Numbered from the stretch's first letter, positions 28,409-38,566 are shown. The stretch is 50,393 nt of DNA from an uncultured Pirellulaceae bacterium (GCA_964652675.1 CAZZDZ010000005.1:1-50393); one strand, 5' to 3'. Program-made: numbers and translations. Notes: generated by a model from the sequence alone, not told the origin.

Positions 28409-29347
28409 CTAGAACTCGCCCGTGAGTTCGCCATCGCTGCGATGGGTTAGTCGTCCCAGCAGGTCTGTCGATATGGATGGAGTCAAAGTACGAACGCTAC
28501 CATCGGCAAAGACAAAGTTGCATCCGGCTGAATGATAACTGCCAAAGTTGGTGCGATACGTGTCGGTTGGAAATCTTGCAATTGGACTTCCTGGGCCACC
28601 GATTCGCGAAAAGTTTGCCGGATGATCACCGTTATAGATCGCGCCGTCTTCGGGACTGATGCCCTGATTAAATGGGCGGACATGTTTTTCGCCAACCAAA
28701 ATTGTGTGACTTAGTCCGTCAAGCAAGTCCGCAAATGAGGTCCTGCTTTTCCACGTCACCAGTTCCGCATCGATGGGAGCAAAGAAGTTTTCGGGGACCG
28801 TGGGAGGCTCTGTCTTGCCGATCCCCATCACCATTGCGCCATTGGAGTGGATCCAGTTCCATATGCCTGGTGGTCCGTGTCCCGCTGAACAGGCATAGTC
28901 GCTGACCGTCCCTGGCACATGGGGGCTCGTCTCGAAAGGCGACAAGATATCGTCTCCGGCAATACTCAGAATGTCCCCGCTGCGACGCGAGGGGCAATAG
29001 TAGAGTGACACGCGTGTCGTACGTGCTTCCTCACTCTGATAGTAGTACTTTATCTTGTCATCCCACTGATCACTCAGCGCGCTCTGTTCTAAGAATGGCA
29101 GGATCAAAAATGCCCAACTGGTGTAGTGATCGTAATTTCGACTCGGTGGAAGTTCTTTGTTTTGAGCGTGGAAGTTTTGAACGGCCAGCCCAACTTGTTT
29201 CAGATTGTTTAGGCACTGAGTGTTTCTTGCTGCTTCGCGCGAGGCCTGTACAGCAGGTAGCAGCAAACCAATCAGGATCGAAATGATCGAAATGACGACG
29301 AGCAACTCAATCAGTGTGAACGCGGCGCGATGTTTGCGAGACGACAT
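28409..29347 (-). CDS. DUF1559 prepilin-type N-terminal cleavage/methylation protein
   Basis: AFTLIELLVV...LLLPAVQASREAAR...CLNNLKQ, DGLSHT..VGEK, H-x9-DG (HSAGCNFVFADG). Confidence 0.93.
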   Translation of the reverse strand: MSSRKHRAAFTLIELLVVISIISILIGLLLPAVQASREAARNTQCLNNLKQVGLAVQNFHAQNKELPPSRNYDHYTSWAFLILPFLEQSALSDQWDDKIKYYYQSEEARTTRVSLYYCPSRRSGDILSIAGDDILSPFETSPHVPGTVSDYACSAGHGPPGIWNWIHSNGAMVMGIGKTEPPTVPENFFAPIDAELVTWKSRTSFADLLDGLSHTILVGEKHVRPFNQGISPEDGAIYNGDHPANFSRIGGPGSPIARFPTDTYRTNFGSYHSAGCNFVFADGSVRTLTPSISTDLLGRLTHRSDGELTGEF

Positions 29348-29519
29348 AAGCGGATACACCTGAATTCATCAGAGATGGGAAAATGCTGTTGGGGTCGCTA
29401 TTTAACAACCTTTTATGGTTGCAAGAGTTTCACCAACATTTACCGACACAAAAGTCTATTATTTAGGGGCACTGTTACGCCATTCCTTTTTGGTTGTTTT
29501 TGCAAAAAGCAATGAAAAG

Positions 29520-31094
29520 ATGACCGCTTTCTTTATCAAAACCGAGGAAAAAGCCGTCGGTCCCTTCTCGGGAATCGAATTGCGAGAGGCTGCCATGGCC
29601 GGGATTCTGCGGCCCGATACCAGATTGGGTGGCAGCGCAAGTGGTCCATGGGTCGTGGCAACCGACACCGGTTTGTTTTCAGAAAAGAAGATGCCGTTGC
29701 CGCATCCTCCTGGAACACCCATCTCCAGCTTTCAAGTTCGTGGTGGTATTGGAGGGATGAAGGGGCCTTTCAAATTGCGCGAGTTGATCGGTTTTGCAAC
29801 GCGTGGCTTAATGCCTGCCGAATCGATGATCCGTAGTGATCAATCGCCAGAGTGGATTTCGGTTGGTCGAATCAACATTTTGTCTGCCTGTTTGGATGGG
29901 CATCTGGTCCTGATTGATGCGGACGGAAAGGTGGTGCGACGGGCAACACAGTCAGCAAAGAAGCAAACGGGGCTTGCACCGGCAAGTTTGGCCGCCACAC
30001 GCGCGCCGTCAAAGCGGGTGCAAGACAAAGACCTGGATGACGCCCAAGAAGACGATGTGTTTCCCGAATCCACCGAGCCCGAAAACAGTGATGGTAAAAA
30101 CGTTCTGGTAGCGACTAGGCGAACGGCTACAGACGATGAAGAGGAAGAAGAGGAACAGGACATCTCCGACACCAAGCCAAAGTGGTGGAAACGCGGGGTG
30201 TCGTTCTCAGGTCTGATTTCTGTCATCACCGGTGGATCACGATGGCGAGTGATCGCTTCTGTTTGCTCGATCGCGTTGGTCATTGGCATGGCGGCAGCAT
30301 TTTCCAAATATCGCAACCTGGGACTCCAGCAAGAAAAAGTTATTGGCGACTGGATTGCGAACGATTCATCTTACGGCGTGTCGTTTAAGAGCGACGGAAC
30401 CTGCGTTGTTTTTGACACCCGTTCGGATTCTTGGACCGGCGACTACGATTGGATCGAGCGCATAAAAAGTGATGAAAGCCTTGGTGGCATGGAACCGTTT
30501 ACCGCTGAAGTCACGGAACCAGTAGAAGACCATGCGGTCCGTCCGATCGAAGCAACCGATGGCTACATGCGCTTGCGTGGTCGCAGCGATTTACCGACAC
30601 AGATCGGTAAGGTTGAAACGCCTGATTGCTTTTTGCGCAAGTTCGGCGACCAACTGCGGATTGGATACCTATCTACGGTCGTTGGAAATGCAAACGGCAA
30701 AACGATGTACGGTGCTTGGATGACATTGAACCCCAGCCCGTTGATCGGTGTCGATCCAATGGTGGATTTGGCATCCATGGAAATGGAGCCTCCGCCACAG
30801 GCTGGATTTTCTACGATCAAGGCGCCACACATTTCAGAGGTGGTTAGCGAACTTGCAAAAGCGAAATCGGCGGCCGAAAACCTGGGTTCGTTGTGCTACA
30901 GCCAAATCGTTAACGCCAAGTATTTGTTGGAAAACTATGGCATTCCCGACGAAGCACGAGCGTTGTTTCGTTTTGAATTGGCGACGATGCCCGAAGGCCA
31001 AGATTACACCGGCTCGCAGATGGTGCGGTATGGATCGCTGAAATTAATCTTGGCTCCGGACGGTACGTTGCAATACGCGACGATTATGAAGTGA
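29520..31094 (+). CDS. Membrane protein with tandem GYF_2 (DUF4339)-like domains
   Basis: Two GPF-x-x-x-EL...G...W repeats, an acidic linker, one TM and an external domain. Confidence 0.7.
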   Translation: MTAFFIKTEEKAVGPFSGIELREAAMAGILRPDTRLGGSASGPWVVATDTGLFSEKKMPLPHPPGTPISSFQVRGGIGGMKGPFKLRELIGFATRGLMPAESMIRSDQSPEWISVGRINILSACLDGHLVLIDADGKVVRRATQSAKKQTGLAPASLAATRAPSKRVQDKDLDDAQEDDVFPESTEPENSDGKNVLVATRRTATDDEEEEEEQDISDTKPKWWKRGVSFSGLISVITGGSRWRVIASVCSIALVIGMAAAFSKYRNLGLQQEKVIGDWIANDSSYGVSFKSDGTCVVFDTRSDSWTGDYDWIERIKSDESLGGMEPFTAEVTEPVEDHAVRPIEATDGYMRLRGRSDLPTQIGKVETPDCFLRKFGDQLRIGYLSTVVGNANGKTMYGAWMTLNPSPLIGVDPMVDLASMEMEPPPQAGFSTIKAPHISEVVSELAKAKSAAENLGSLCYSQIVNAKYLLENYGIPDEARALFRFELATMPEGQDYTGSQMVRYGSLKLILAPDGTLQYATIMK

Positions 31095-31100
31095 ATTGCC

Positions 31101-32240
31101 TTAACCTGCTTTGAAATTGACGATTGGTGTTCGTTCGGCTTCGATTCGCGTTAGATCTTTCTGCGCCCGCATGACTTTGCGAATGTCCTTGTACGCTTTG
31201 GGCGCTTCATCACACAGTCGATGCGTCTTTCTGTTGTCGTAGCAGACGCCTTGCATCTGCTTTTTTAGATCTCTCGCCGAAATTCGATTCGCGGCTTGCG
31301 TACGGCTCATCCGTCGCCCCGCTCCGTGTGAACACGATTGCAATGCCCCTTGGCTCTGACGCCCCGTGACCACGAAACTGGATGTTCCCATCGATCCGGG
31401 AACGATCCCAACATCATCGGGCAACAGTCGCTGCGTTCCTTTGCGATGGACCCAGAAAGTACCACTGCCGTGTGATTCGATTTGCACGTGGTTGTGGTCT
31501 CGGTCGATGATGGATTCAAAATCGACACTCAGCCCGAGTTTGCCCACGACTTCGGCGATTGACTGCAGCATTCTCCGTCGGTTTGCAGCGGCATACTCCC
31601 GCGCCCACTGCATGTCTTGCAAATAGGCTGCGCCCTGAGAACTCGCTGCGTCCAAAAACAGGAGCTTTGAATCATCGTCGTATTGGGCAGTCCGCAGGTG
31701 GTGCGCCAGCACGTCAGGTCCAACGGCGCGCGATCCACTGTGAATCAAAACGTGCAGTCCGCCGTTTGCGGAACTTTGAAATTCGACAAAGTGATTGCCT
31801 CGTCCTAGCGTGCCAAGTTGCACACGTGCGTCGCGGGATTTCAGTTTTTCAAGACCCGGGAAAGACAAAGCGGCTTGTTGAAGCGCATCGGGCAGTTGAT
31901 CGGCCATCGATCCACTTGAATGACGAATGATGGGAACGACACGATCCAATAAGCCCAACAGTTTTTCACCGTTTCGCTTATTCATCAGCGATCGCGCAGC
32001 ACCCTGCACATTGGCCATCAAGTATCCGCAGCCGATGTCGCCGCCAACGGCTTCGGGAAAGATCGTTCCCTCGGTCGCGACAGCGATCCCGTTGCAGAGT
32101 TTTTTTGACAAATGAATGTCTGGCATCACGGCAATGTGGGCAACACCTGGAGCGCGGCTCAATCGATGCAGATTTTGAACAATCTGCGAATCGATCGGGC
32201 GATCGATCCAGAACTCAATCTTAGGATTCTTGGGATTCAT
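31101..32240 (-). CDS. rtcB: RtcB family RNA 3'-phosphate/5'-OH ligase
   Basis: MPDIH, GGDIGCG, GTLGRGNHF, HSGSR, HNH, HRKG, PGSMG, SHGAGR, DEAPKAYKDI and C-terminal K all intact; start may be 32252. Confidence 0.95.
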   Translation of the reverse strand: MNPKNPKIEFWIDRPIDSQIVQNLHRLSRAPGVAHIAVMPDIHLSKKLCNGIAVATEGTIFPEAVGGDIGCGYLMANVQGAARSLMNKRNGEKLLGLLDRVVPIIRHSSGSMADQLPDALQQAALSFPGLEKLKSRDARVQLGTLGRGNHFVEFQSSANGGLHVLIHSGSRAVGPDVLAHHLRTAQYDDDSKLLFLDAASSQGAAYLQDMQWAREYAAANRRRMLQSIAEVVGKLGLSVDFESIIDRDHNHVQIESHGSGTFWVHRKGTQRLLPDDVGIVPGSMGTSSFVVTGRQSQGALQSCSHGAGRRMSRTQAANRISARDLKKQMQGVCYDNRKTHRLCDEAPKAYKDIRKVMRAQKDLTRIEAERTPIVNFKAG

Positions 32241-32661
32241 TTTCGTTTCCATTGGTAAGAGTGATGGCGAATACCAAGTTGGGGACGCGTTTGCGGTGGA
32301 TCGATTTTGAAATTTCAAAACGCAATCGACTCACTTGGCGTTGCAACGCTTCATACGCCTCGCTCATGGAGCACATTTCACCGCAAGCCACATGAACGCG
32401 CACGCAGGAGCTGTCCGGATTTGGCGCTACCGTAACCAGATCCATTGATTGGACCAACGAATCGTCGCAGTCGGTCAACACGAGCTGCAATGTTTGCAAG
32501 ACTTGTTGGCACAACTGGAGTGCTTTTCGATTGTGTTTGTTTGAATCGGGTTTGTGGCGAAAGTACTCGCGCGGATCGATTCCGTCGTCTTCGCGGATTT
32601 CTCCGCATGATTGCAGCATTTCAGCGCGCAGCTGCCGCGCAGTTCTCTTTCTTTGTGACAA
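32221..32661 (-). CDS. RbfA-like (ribosome-binding factor A paralog) protein
   Basis: KH-type pattern: helix, DDSLVQSMDLVTVAPNPDSSCVRVHV, LRFEISKSIHRKRVPNLVF; atypical N-terminal EDDGIDPR extension; overlaps rtcB by 20 nt. Confidence 0.78.
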   Translation of the reverse strand: MSQRKRTARQLRAEMLQSCGEIREDDGIDPREYFRHKPDSNKHNRKALQLCQQVLQTLQLVLTDCDDSLVQSMDLVTVAPNPDSSCVRVHVACGEMCSMSEAYEALQRQVSRLRFEISKSIHRKRVPNLVFAITLTNGNENESQES

Positions 32662-32896
32662 AATTCTGTGCCTATTGAATTCAAAAATGGGACGCCAGTC
32701 GCGGAAACAACGCGCAGGCGAAAGCGATCAATCAGAACGATTGCAATAGAAGTGGATCGGTGCACATGACACGGCAAGCCGTGCTAGGCAGTCAATCCAA
32801 GCGGCACAGAAGAAAGAAGTCGCACGATTTTGGCTCCAAAAATGGGGTGTCTCAAGAGCATGGAGCGGATTGCTTCAGAAAGGTTCGCTGCAAAAC

Positions 32897-32964
32897 CGCC
32901 GGTTTATTTCAACGCCGGTTTATTTCAAACCTGGTTTATTTCAAAATTGGTTTATTTCAAAATT
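32897..32964 (-). repeat. 4-copy 16-bp-period tandem repeat spanning the stop codon
   Basis: Core GGTTTATTTCAA at 32901, 32917, 32933 and 32949 with 4-nt variable spacers; the last copy contains the TAA of the 32952 gene. Confidence 0.9.
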
Positions 32965-33851
32965 GGGGCGACGCTGTTCAGCTCTCGGGAAAGACGCAGT
33001 TTTTCTGCCCGCGGCTTTAGTCCGGCGGTTTGGAATCGATCGATCAAAGTTTGATTTGGACCGTTTTGCAAAACGATCGGCAACTCGGCGACTCTCGCTT
33101 GCCATTGATCGGCTTGCTGTTTGATTTGCGGTGGGGTTGCGCTTCGCCATCGGACGATCTCTGCCAATCGGGCAACGACCGGTCGCTGGTTTTCCAACAC
33201 CAAACGATCCAGCGCGGCGATCGCTTTGTCGCGTTGCGGCGACGAAAGTAGCCAACTGGCGGCGACCAAGCGAACGGCTGCAGATTTGTCTGTGAGTCTC
33301 TCGCTGGCTGCGGCTGCGATGGCTCTTGAGTCGGCACTGCTGTCCCAATGGATGGGTAGCCACGCTAGGATCAGCGGTGCGAGTGGTCTTGAATCTAGTT
33401 GGGCCACAAGCTCCAGTGAGATCTTGCCATTGGATCCGCGCGACGCGGCGACCGACGCCATCATCGACAGCCATTGCTGACGCCAAATGGGCGGCTTTTC
33501 GTTTAACGAGTCCAACAGCGGCCGCAAAGATTCTGCGTACTGACCGTCGGCAAATAGCTTCATCGCTGCGACTTCTGTTTTGGATGCTCCGGCGGATTCG
33601 ATCCAAATCACGCGATGTGACGCGGCCAGCGTTTCGGCTTCGTCACCGGCTACGACGAATCGCAATTGTTTGTTGTCCAGTTGCGTGATCTTGCCATCGA
33701 TTTGTTTGATCGATCGAGCAAACCAAGTGCTATCGGACTTGGCGGGTCGCAATGGTTCAAGCCAAACGCGATCTTGGGCGTTCAATCCAGACGTGGCCGA
33801 GCCTAGCACAGCGACGCCAAACATGATTTGAATGATCAGAGAACGGATCAA
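32952..33851 (-). CDS. Exported hypothetical protein, TPR/HEAT-like helical
   Basis: Signal peptide (...NAQD), helical repeats; overlaps the upstream vWA gene stop. Confidence 0.7.
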   Translation of the reverse strand: MIRSLIIQIMFGVAVLGSATSGLNAQDRVWLEPLRPAKSDSTWFARSIKQIDGKITQLDNKQLRFVVAGDEAETLAASHRVIWIESAGASKTEVAAMKLFADGQYAESLRPLLDSLNEKPPIWRQQWLSMMASVAASRGSNGKISLELVAQLDSRPLAPLILAWLPIHWDSSADSRAIAAAASERLTDKSAAVRLVAASWLLSSPQRDKAIAALDRLVLENQRPVVARLAEIVRWRSATPPQIKQQADQWQARVAELPIVLQNGPNQTLIDRFQTAGLKPRAEKLRLSRELNSVAPILK

Positions 33852-34936
33852 GGTTTCGCCTTTGTCGTTGGATCGATATCCAGTGGACGCCGACCCAGGT
33901 TGCGAACATCCACGTACTGATACTGGCCGTTGTTTTGTTTTGCTAGATCGCGCAAGAAACTATCATTGGGCGCGAACGCATCGGGGCCAAACTCAATCGT
34001 GTGAATCGTCGTACCTGATTTTTCGGCTCGCTGTTTAATCAAACGCAGTTCGTTGCCGGACAAGCGAGGAATACGTGCGTCAGTCAAAAAGAAGATGACG
34101 TCGGGCGACATTTGCAAAGCCAGTTTCAATGCAGTGTCGTGCTTGGTACCGCCGAATGCTGCTATCGACTGCACGTAGCGTTCGGCTTGAACGACATTGG
34201 GTTGTTCGCCACTGATTAACTGCAGCGGCGCGCCGGACAATTGGAATGGTTTGGGTTTGTCGTTGTAAAAGATGATTTGAAAACGTTGTTTTTCGGTTAG
34301 CGATTTTAAGCTTCGAATCAATTCGGCTTTGGCAGCACGAAGCGGTCGTCCGCTGTGTCCGTTCATGCTGTCGCTGCGATCAAACACATAGACGAACCGC
34401 GATCCGCTGCCCGATACGCCAAACACCATCGTGGTTGCTTCGCTGCCCGTACCGGAGGACATTTTTCCGCGACCATTTTCAAGCGAGTCGCCCGTTAGAT
34501 CGGTTTCACCGGAAAGTCCTGTGCCCGAGACAGGCGCCGGGGTGGATTCCATCGCATGCAAAATGCCTGCCAAGTCGATCGGCGGAGACATGTCCGCTGG
34601 AGGAGCGGCTGCGGCGGCCGATTCGCTACTGGACTGCTCGGATTGTTCGGTTTGGACCTCTGGGTTTGGCTGCATCTGTGCCGCGTCGACGTACTTTTCG
34701 CGATCGGGCATCTGGTGGACGATCGCGATCCCAACCTGCCGATCGTTTGATTCACCTGTCCCGCTGGGCGTGCGAGACCAGATCAATCCAAGAGTTGTTA
34801 GCAAAATAAAGTGCAATCCAATCGACATCAGCAAAGCGGGCGTCGTCCGCTGGGGGGCGTGGACATGAGCGGGGCCCGCCGGATCGGGGGCCTTTAACAC
34901 AGTGTTTTTCGAGGCTTTTGGATTTTGGTCCGCCAT
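33848..34936 (-). CDS. Membrane-anchored vWA-domain protein with TonB-like SxxxH anchor
   Basis: TM LLMSIGLHFILL, Pro/Ser/Glu-rich linker, VFDRSDSM MIDAS, GGT, FLTDA, IHTIEFG, LAKQNNGQY. Confidence 0.8.
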   Translation of the reverse strand: MADQNPKASKNTVLKAPDPAGPAHVHAPQRTTPALLMSIGLHFILLTTLGLIWSRTPSGTGESNDRQVGIAIVHQMPDREKYVDAAQMQPNPEVQTEQSEQSSSESAAAAAPPADMSPPIDLAGILHAMESTPAPVSGTGLSGETDLTGDSLENGRGKMSSGTGSEATTMVFGVSGSGSRFVYVFDRSDSMNGHSGRPLRAAKAELIRSLKSLTEKQRFQIIFYNDKPKPFQLSGAPLQLISGEQPNVVQAERYVQSIAAFGGTKHDTALKLALQMSPDVIFFLTDARIPRLSGNELRLIKQRAEKSGTTIHTIEFGPDAFAPNDSFLRDLAKQNNGQYQYVDVRNLGRRPLDIDPTTKAKP

Positions 34937-35157
34937 GGGTGGTCACGACTGAAGTGATACGGGATCAGCAAATGGGAGTTTTGGGGCTGGTAGGGTGTCA
35001 AATTTCCGACCAATCGCGGCGGGACGCTTCTCAACACGCTCTTTCGCAACTAATTTAGGCGTTCTCAATTCTAGCCGCATCGCGGATTTTTTGAGCCGTA
35101 AAACATCACCCTGCATGGCAGGGTTTCCAATTCGCTACCTCCAAACCCCGTATTTTC

Positions 35158-36354
35158 ATGGGCAATAGCTTCATCTTTTCTTCGGAATCTGTTACCGAAG
35201 GCCACCCAGACAAAACTTCGGACACTATTTCGGATGCCGTTTTGGACGCATGTTTGGCCCAAGATCCCAAGTCACGTGTGGCTTGCGAGACAATGGTCAA
35301 GGACAACGCGGTCATTCTTGGTGGTGAAATTACCACAGCAGCCGAGTTCGACTATGAACAACTTGTCAAGAAAACGCTGACCGAAATCAACTACGATTCA
35401 AAGTACGCCGAAGGAACCGACTATTCCTACACGTGCAAGTTTGACGCGCAGAATTTCTTTTTCATGAACCTGCTCGGTCAGCAGTCACCCGATATCGCTC
35501 AAGGTGTCGATGCTGCAGCCGCCGCAGACAAAGAGACTGCCGAACAAGGCGCCGGCGACCAAGGCATTATGTTTGGTTACGCCTGTGACGACACGCCGGA
35601 ATTGATGCCCGCCGCGATCGCTTACTCGCACCAACTTGGCGACGCGATCACGAATCTGCGAAAAGACCGTGTGCACACTTGGCTGCGTCCCGACTCCAAA
35701 ACCCAAGTCTCGGTTGAATACGTCGACGGCAAACCATCACGCATCACTGCGGTTGTTGTTTCGACGATGCACGCTGCGGAAATCTCCACCTCGGAAATTC
35801 GCGAACTGCTCAAAAAGGACTTGATCGAAAAAGTCTTGCCAGCCAACTTGTTGACTGACGACACCGCGTATCACATCAACCCAACCGGTTTGTTCATCGT
35901 TGGTGGTCCCGAAGGCGACTGTGGTTTGACTGGTCGCAAAATCATCGTTGACACCTACGGTGGCATGGGCCGACACGGCGGTGGTGCTTTCTCCGGAAAG
36001 GATCCATCCAAAGTCGACCGCAGTGCTGCGTACATGTGTCGCTGGGTCGCCAAGAACATCGTTGCAGCTGGTTTGGCAACCAAGTGTGAATTGCAAACGG
36101 CTTACGCGATTGGGTTCCCTGAACCTGTTTCGCTGACCGTCGACACATTCGGTACCAACACCGTCGACGAAGCGAAAATTGAAAAGGCTGTCAATGAAGT
36201 CTTTTCGTTCAAGCCTGCTGACATCATCAGCCAGCTTGATCTGTTGCGTCCGATCTACGCCAAATCGACCAACTACGGTCACTTTGGTCGTGAGATCGCA
36301 GAACTGACTTGGGAAAAGACTGACAAAGTCGACGCGCTCAAGTCTGCCGTCTAG
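35158..36354 (+). CDS. metK: S-adenosylmethionine synthetase
   Basis: [26 protein letters not shown]. Confidence 0.98.
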   Translation: MGNSFIFSSESVTEGHPDKTSDTISDAVLDACLAQDPKSRVACETMVKDNAVILGGEITTAAEFDYEQLVKKTLTEINYDSKYAEGTDYSYTCKFDAQNFFFMNLLGQQSPDIAQGVDAAAAADKETAEQGAGDQGIMFGYACDDTPELMPAAIAYSHQLGDAITNLRKDRVHTWLRPDSKTQVSVEYVDGKPSRITAVVVSTMHAAEISTSEIRELLKKDLIEKVLPANLLTDDTAYHINPTGLFIVGGPEGDCGLTGRKIIVDTYGGMGRHGGGAFSGKDPSKVDRSAAYMCRWVAKNIVAAGLATKCELQTAYAIGFPEPVSLTVDTFGTNTVDEAKIEKAVNEVFSFKPADIISQLDLLRPIYAKSTNYGHFGREIAELTWEKTDKVDALKSAV

Positions 36355-36370
36355 TTTCGCAATTGGCATC

Positions 36371-37240
36371 ATGACGCATAACGAAACGATGCCAAATCGA
36401 ATTGTTTGGATCACCGACCCGCACTTGAACCACGTTCCAGTGCAGGCTTGGGACCAAATGATTTCTCAGGTGGTTCAGAACAATCCCGATTCGATTGTCA
36501 TCACAGGCGACATCTCCGAAGGTGACGATGTCGTCTTTCAACTCAATCGGATTGCCGAAGCGATTGCTGTCCCGATCCATTTCGTACTTGGCAATCACGA
36601 TTTTTATCACAGTAGCATTGCCAAAACACGACGCGATGTGGTCGATGCCGCCCGCAGCAACCCGCTGTTGAATTTTTTGACAGACAGCGGCCCGATCCAA
36701 TTCGCTGACGACGTCTTTTTGATCGGCGATGACGGATGGGGCGACGCAACAGCCGGTGACTACGAAAATTCGCCGGTTCGGTTAAACGATTTTGCACGAA
36801 TCGAAGATTTCTATTTGCGTCATCCCAAGCATTGGAAAGAGATGTTGATTCAGCAAGGCGCTGCGTCCGCGTCTCGACTGAATGAAAAACTGAACTCGCT
36901 ACCCGAAACGACTCGGCACGTGATCGTCGCCACCCATGTGCCACCCTTTTGTGAATCGTGTTGGTACGAAGGCAAAACGACAGACGAAAACTGGGCGCCG
37001 TTTTTTGTTTGCGGACAAGTTGGCGAAGTGCTAAAGCGGGCCAGCCAATCAAACACAAAGCGCCAACACACTGTTTTGTGTGGTCACACGCATCACGATG
37101 GGATCGCAAACATCAGCGACAATCTAATCGTCTACACCGGCGCCGCCCAATACGGCAAACCCGGTGTCGAAGGAGTCGTCATGGTGCAAGACGGCGAGAT
37201 GGAAGTGATTTTGTCAGTCGACCAGAGAAAAGAGCTTTAG
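36371..37240 (+). CDS. Calcineurin-like metallophosphoesterase (CpdA/Icc-like)
   Basis: DPH, GDIS, GNHD, THVPP, GHTH. Confidence 0.9.
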   Translation: MTHNETMPNRIVWITDPHLNHVPVQAWDQMISQVVQNNPDSIVITGDISEGDDVVFQLNRIAEAIAVPIHFVLGNHDFYHSSIAKTRRDVVDAARSNPLLNFLTDSGPIQFADDVFLIGDDGWGDATAGDYENSPVRLNDFARIEDFYLRHPKHWKEMLIQQGAASASRLNEKLNSLPETTRHVIVATHVPPFCESCWYEGKTTDENWAPFFVCGQVGEVLKRASQSNTKRQHTVLCGHTHHDGIANISDNLIVYTGAAQYGKPGVEGVVMVQDGEMEVILSVDQRKEL

Positions 37241-37303
37241 CGACGCTGATCCGACCGGGCTGTGTGCTTGAGGGCTTGAAACTGGCGTTGGATAACGCGC
37301 TCG

Positions 37304-38566
37304 CTACGAACGCATCTCGCCCCACAGTCGCAACAACTCTACCAAGTGCTCCACCGCTTCGACCATTTCATCCAAACAAGCAAATTCGCCGACGCTGTGA
37401 ATATTGTGTTGGCCGCTGGAAAGATTCGGAGTCGGCAGGCCTTTCTCAGTAAGCCGGCTGCCATCGGTTCCACCTCGCACGATCGTTTTCTTGCACTCGC
37501 GACCCAAATTGGCGAAAGCGGTTTCGGCGAACCCGACGGCTTCGGGTAGTTCCTTTAAACCTTCGCGTAGATTGCGATACTGTTCGCGAACATTGACTTC
37601 GACTTCTAATCCTGGCGTTTGATCGGCAATTGAGTTTGCGGTGGTTCGAACAACGTTGGCGTAGTCCTTTAAGTCATCAGTCTCGAACGATCGCAAAATC
37701 AGTTCCACGCTTGCCTCGCCAACACCACCACTGATCGTATGCGGGTGAATGAACCCATTTCGGTCATCGGTTGTCTCCGGAGTGCAAGTGTCGCGGGGCA
37801 ACGCGGAAACGAAATCCGAAGCCGCGCGAATCGCGTTGACCATGCGATTTTTTGCAATCGCCGGATGAATGTTGTGTCCGATGAATCGTACCGACGCCGC
37901 ATCGGCCGAAAACGTTTCCACGTCCAAGACTCCCGCACCGCCACTGTCCAAGGTATACGCGACTGTCGCATCCAGTTTGGCCAAATCGATCTTGTCGGTG
38001 CCACGACCGATCTCTTCGTCGCACGTGAACAAGACTCGCACGTTGCCATGAGTCAGGTTTGGGTTTTCGATTAGTGTGTGTGCCAATTCCATGATGATCG
38101 CAACGCCTGCTTTGTCATCGCCGCCCAGCAAAGTGGTGCCATCGGTCGTGATCAACGTCTTGCCGACCAGATCGTTCAACTCTTTTGCCGAAGACGGCGA
38201 AATAACCGTACCGGATGGCAATTCGATATCGCCGCCTTCGTAAGTGATGACCTGTGGTTTCACACCATGACCGGGGGCTTCGGGCGAAGTATCGACGTGG
38301 GCAACAAGTGCCACGACCGGTGTGCCGCCGCCATTGGTCGCGGGCACGGTCCCCCAAGTCAACGCATTTTCGTCCATGTGCGCGTCGTCGATCGACATCG
38401 CGGCGAGTTCTTCGGCCAACAACCGGTTCAAATCCGCTTGCTCGGGCGTGCTAGGATACGTATCGCTGTTGGGATCAGCGTTCGTGCCGATCTGAACGTA
38501 TCGCAAGAATCGCTGGAGCAGTCGTTCGCGGTTGATATGGATTTCTTGGGTGCTGTTGGGAATCAT
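37304..38566 (-). CDS. pepT: Peptidase T (M20B tripeptide aminopeptidase)
   Basis: AHVDTS, TDGTTLLGGDDKAG, DEEIGRG, RGGTDG. Confidence 0.95.
   Translation of the reverse strand: MIPNSTQEIHINRERLLQRFLRYVQIGTNADPNSDTYPSTPEQADLNRLLAEELAAMSIDDAHMDENALTWGTVPATNGGGTPVVALVAHVDTSPEAPGHGVKPQVITYEGGDIELPSGTVISPSSAKELNDLVGKTLITTDGTTLLGGDDKAGVAIIMELAHTLIENPNLTHGNVRVLFTCDEEIGRGTDKIDLAKLDATVAYTLDSGGAGVLDVETFSADAASVRFIGHNIHPAIAKNRMVNAIRAASDFVSALPRDTCTPETTDDRNGFIHPHTISGGVGEASVELILRSFETDDLKDYANVVRTTANSIADQTPGLEVEVNVREQYRNLREGLKELPEAVGFAETAFANLGRECKKTIVRGGTDGSRLTEKGLPTPNLSSGQHNIHSVGEFACLDEMVEAVEHLVELLRLWGEMRS

Noticed and set aside
32760-32850. Sigma54 (-24/-12) promoter as in rtcBA
   Set aside because: GG/GC spacing does not fit TGGCAC-N5-TTGC and there is no rtcR nearby
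35040-35157. SAM riboswitch upstream of metK (hairpin ACCCTGC-atg-GCAGGGT at 35108-35124)
   Set aside because: No SAM-I/II/V consensus elements visible; a single hairpin is insufficient
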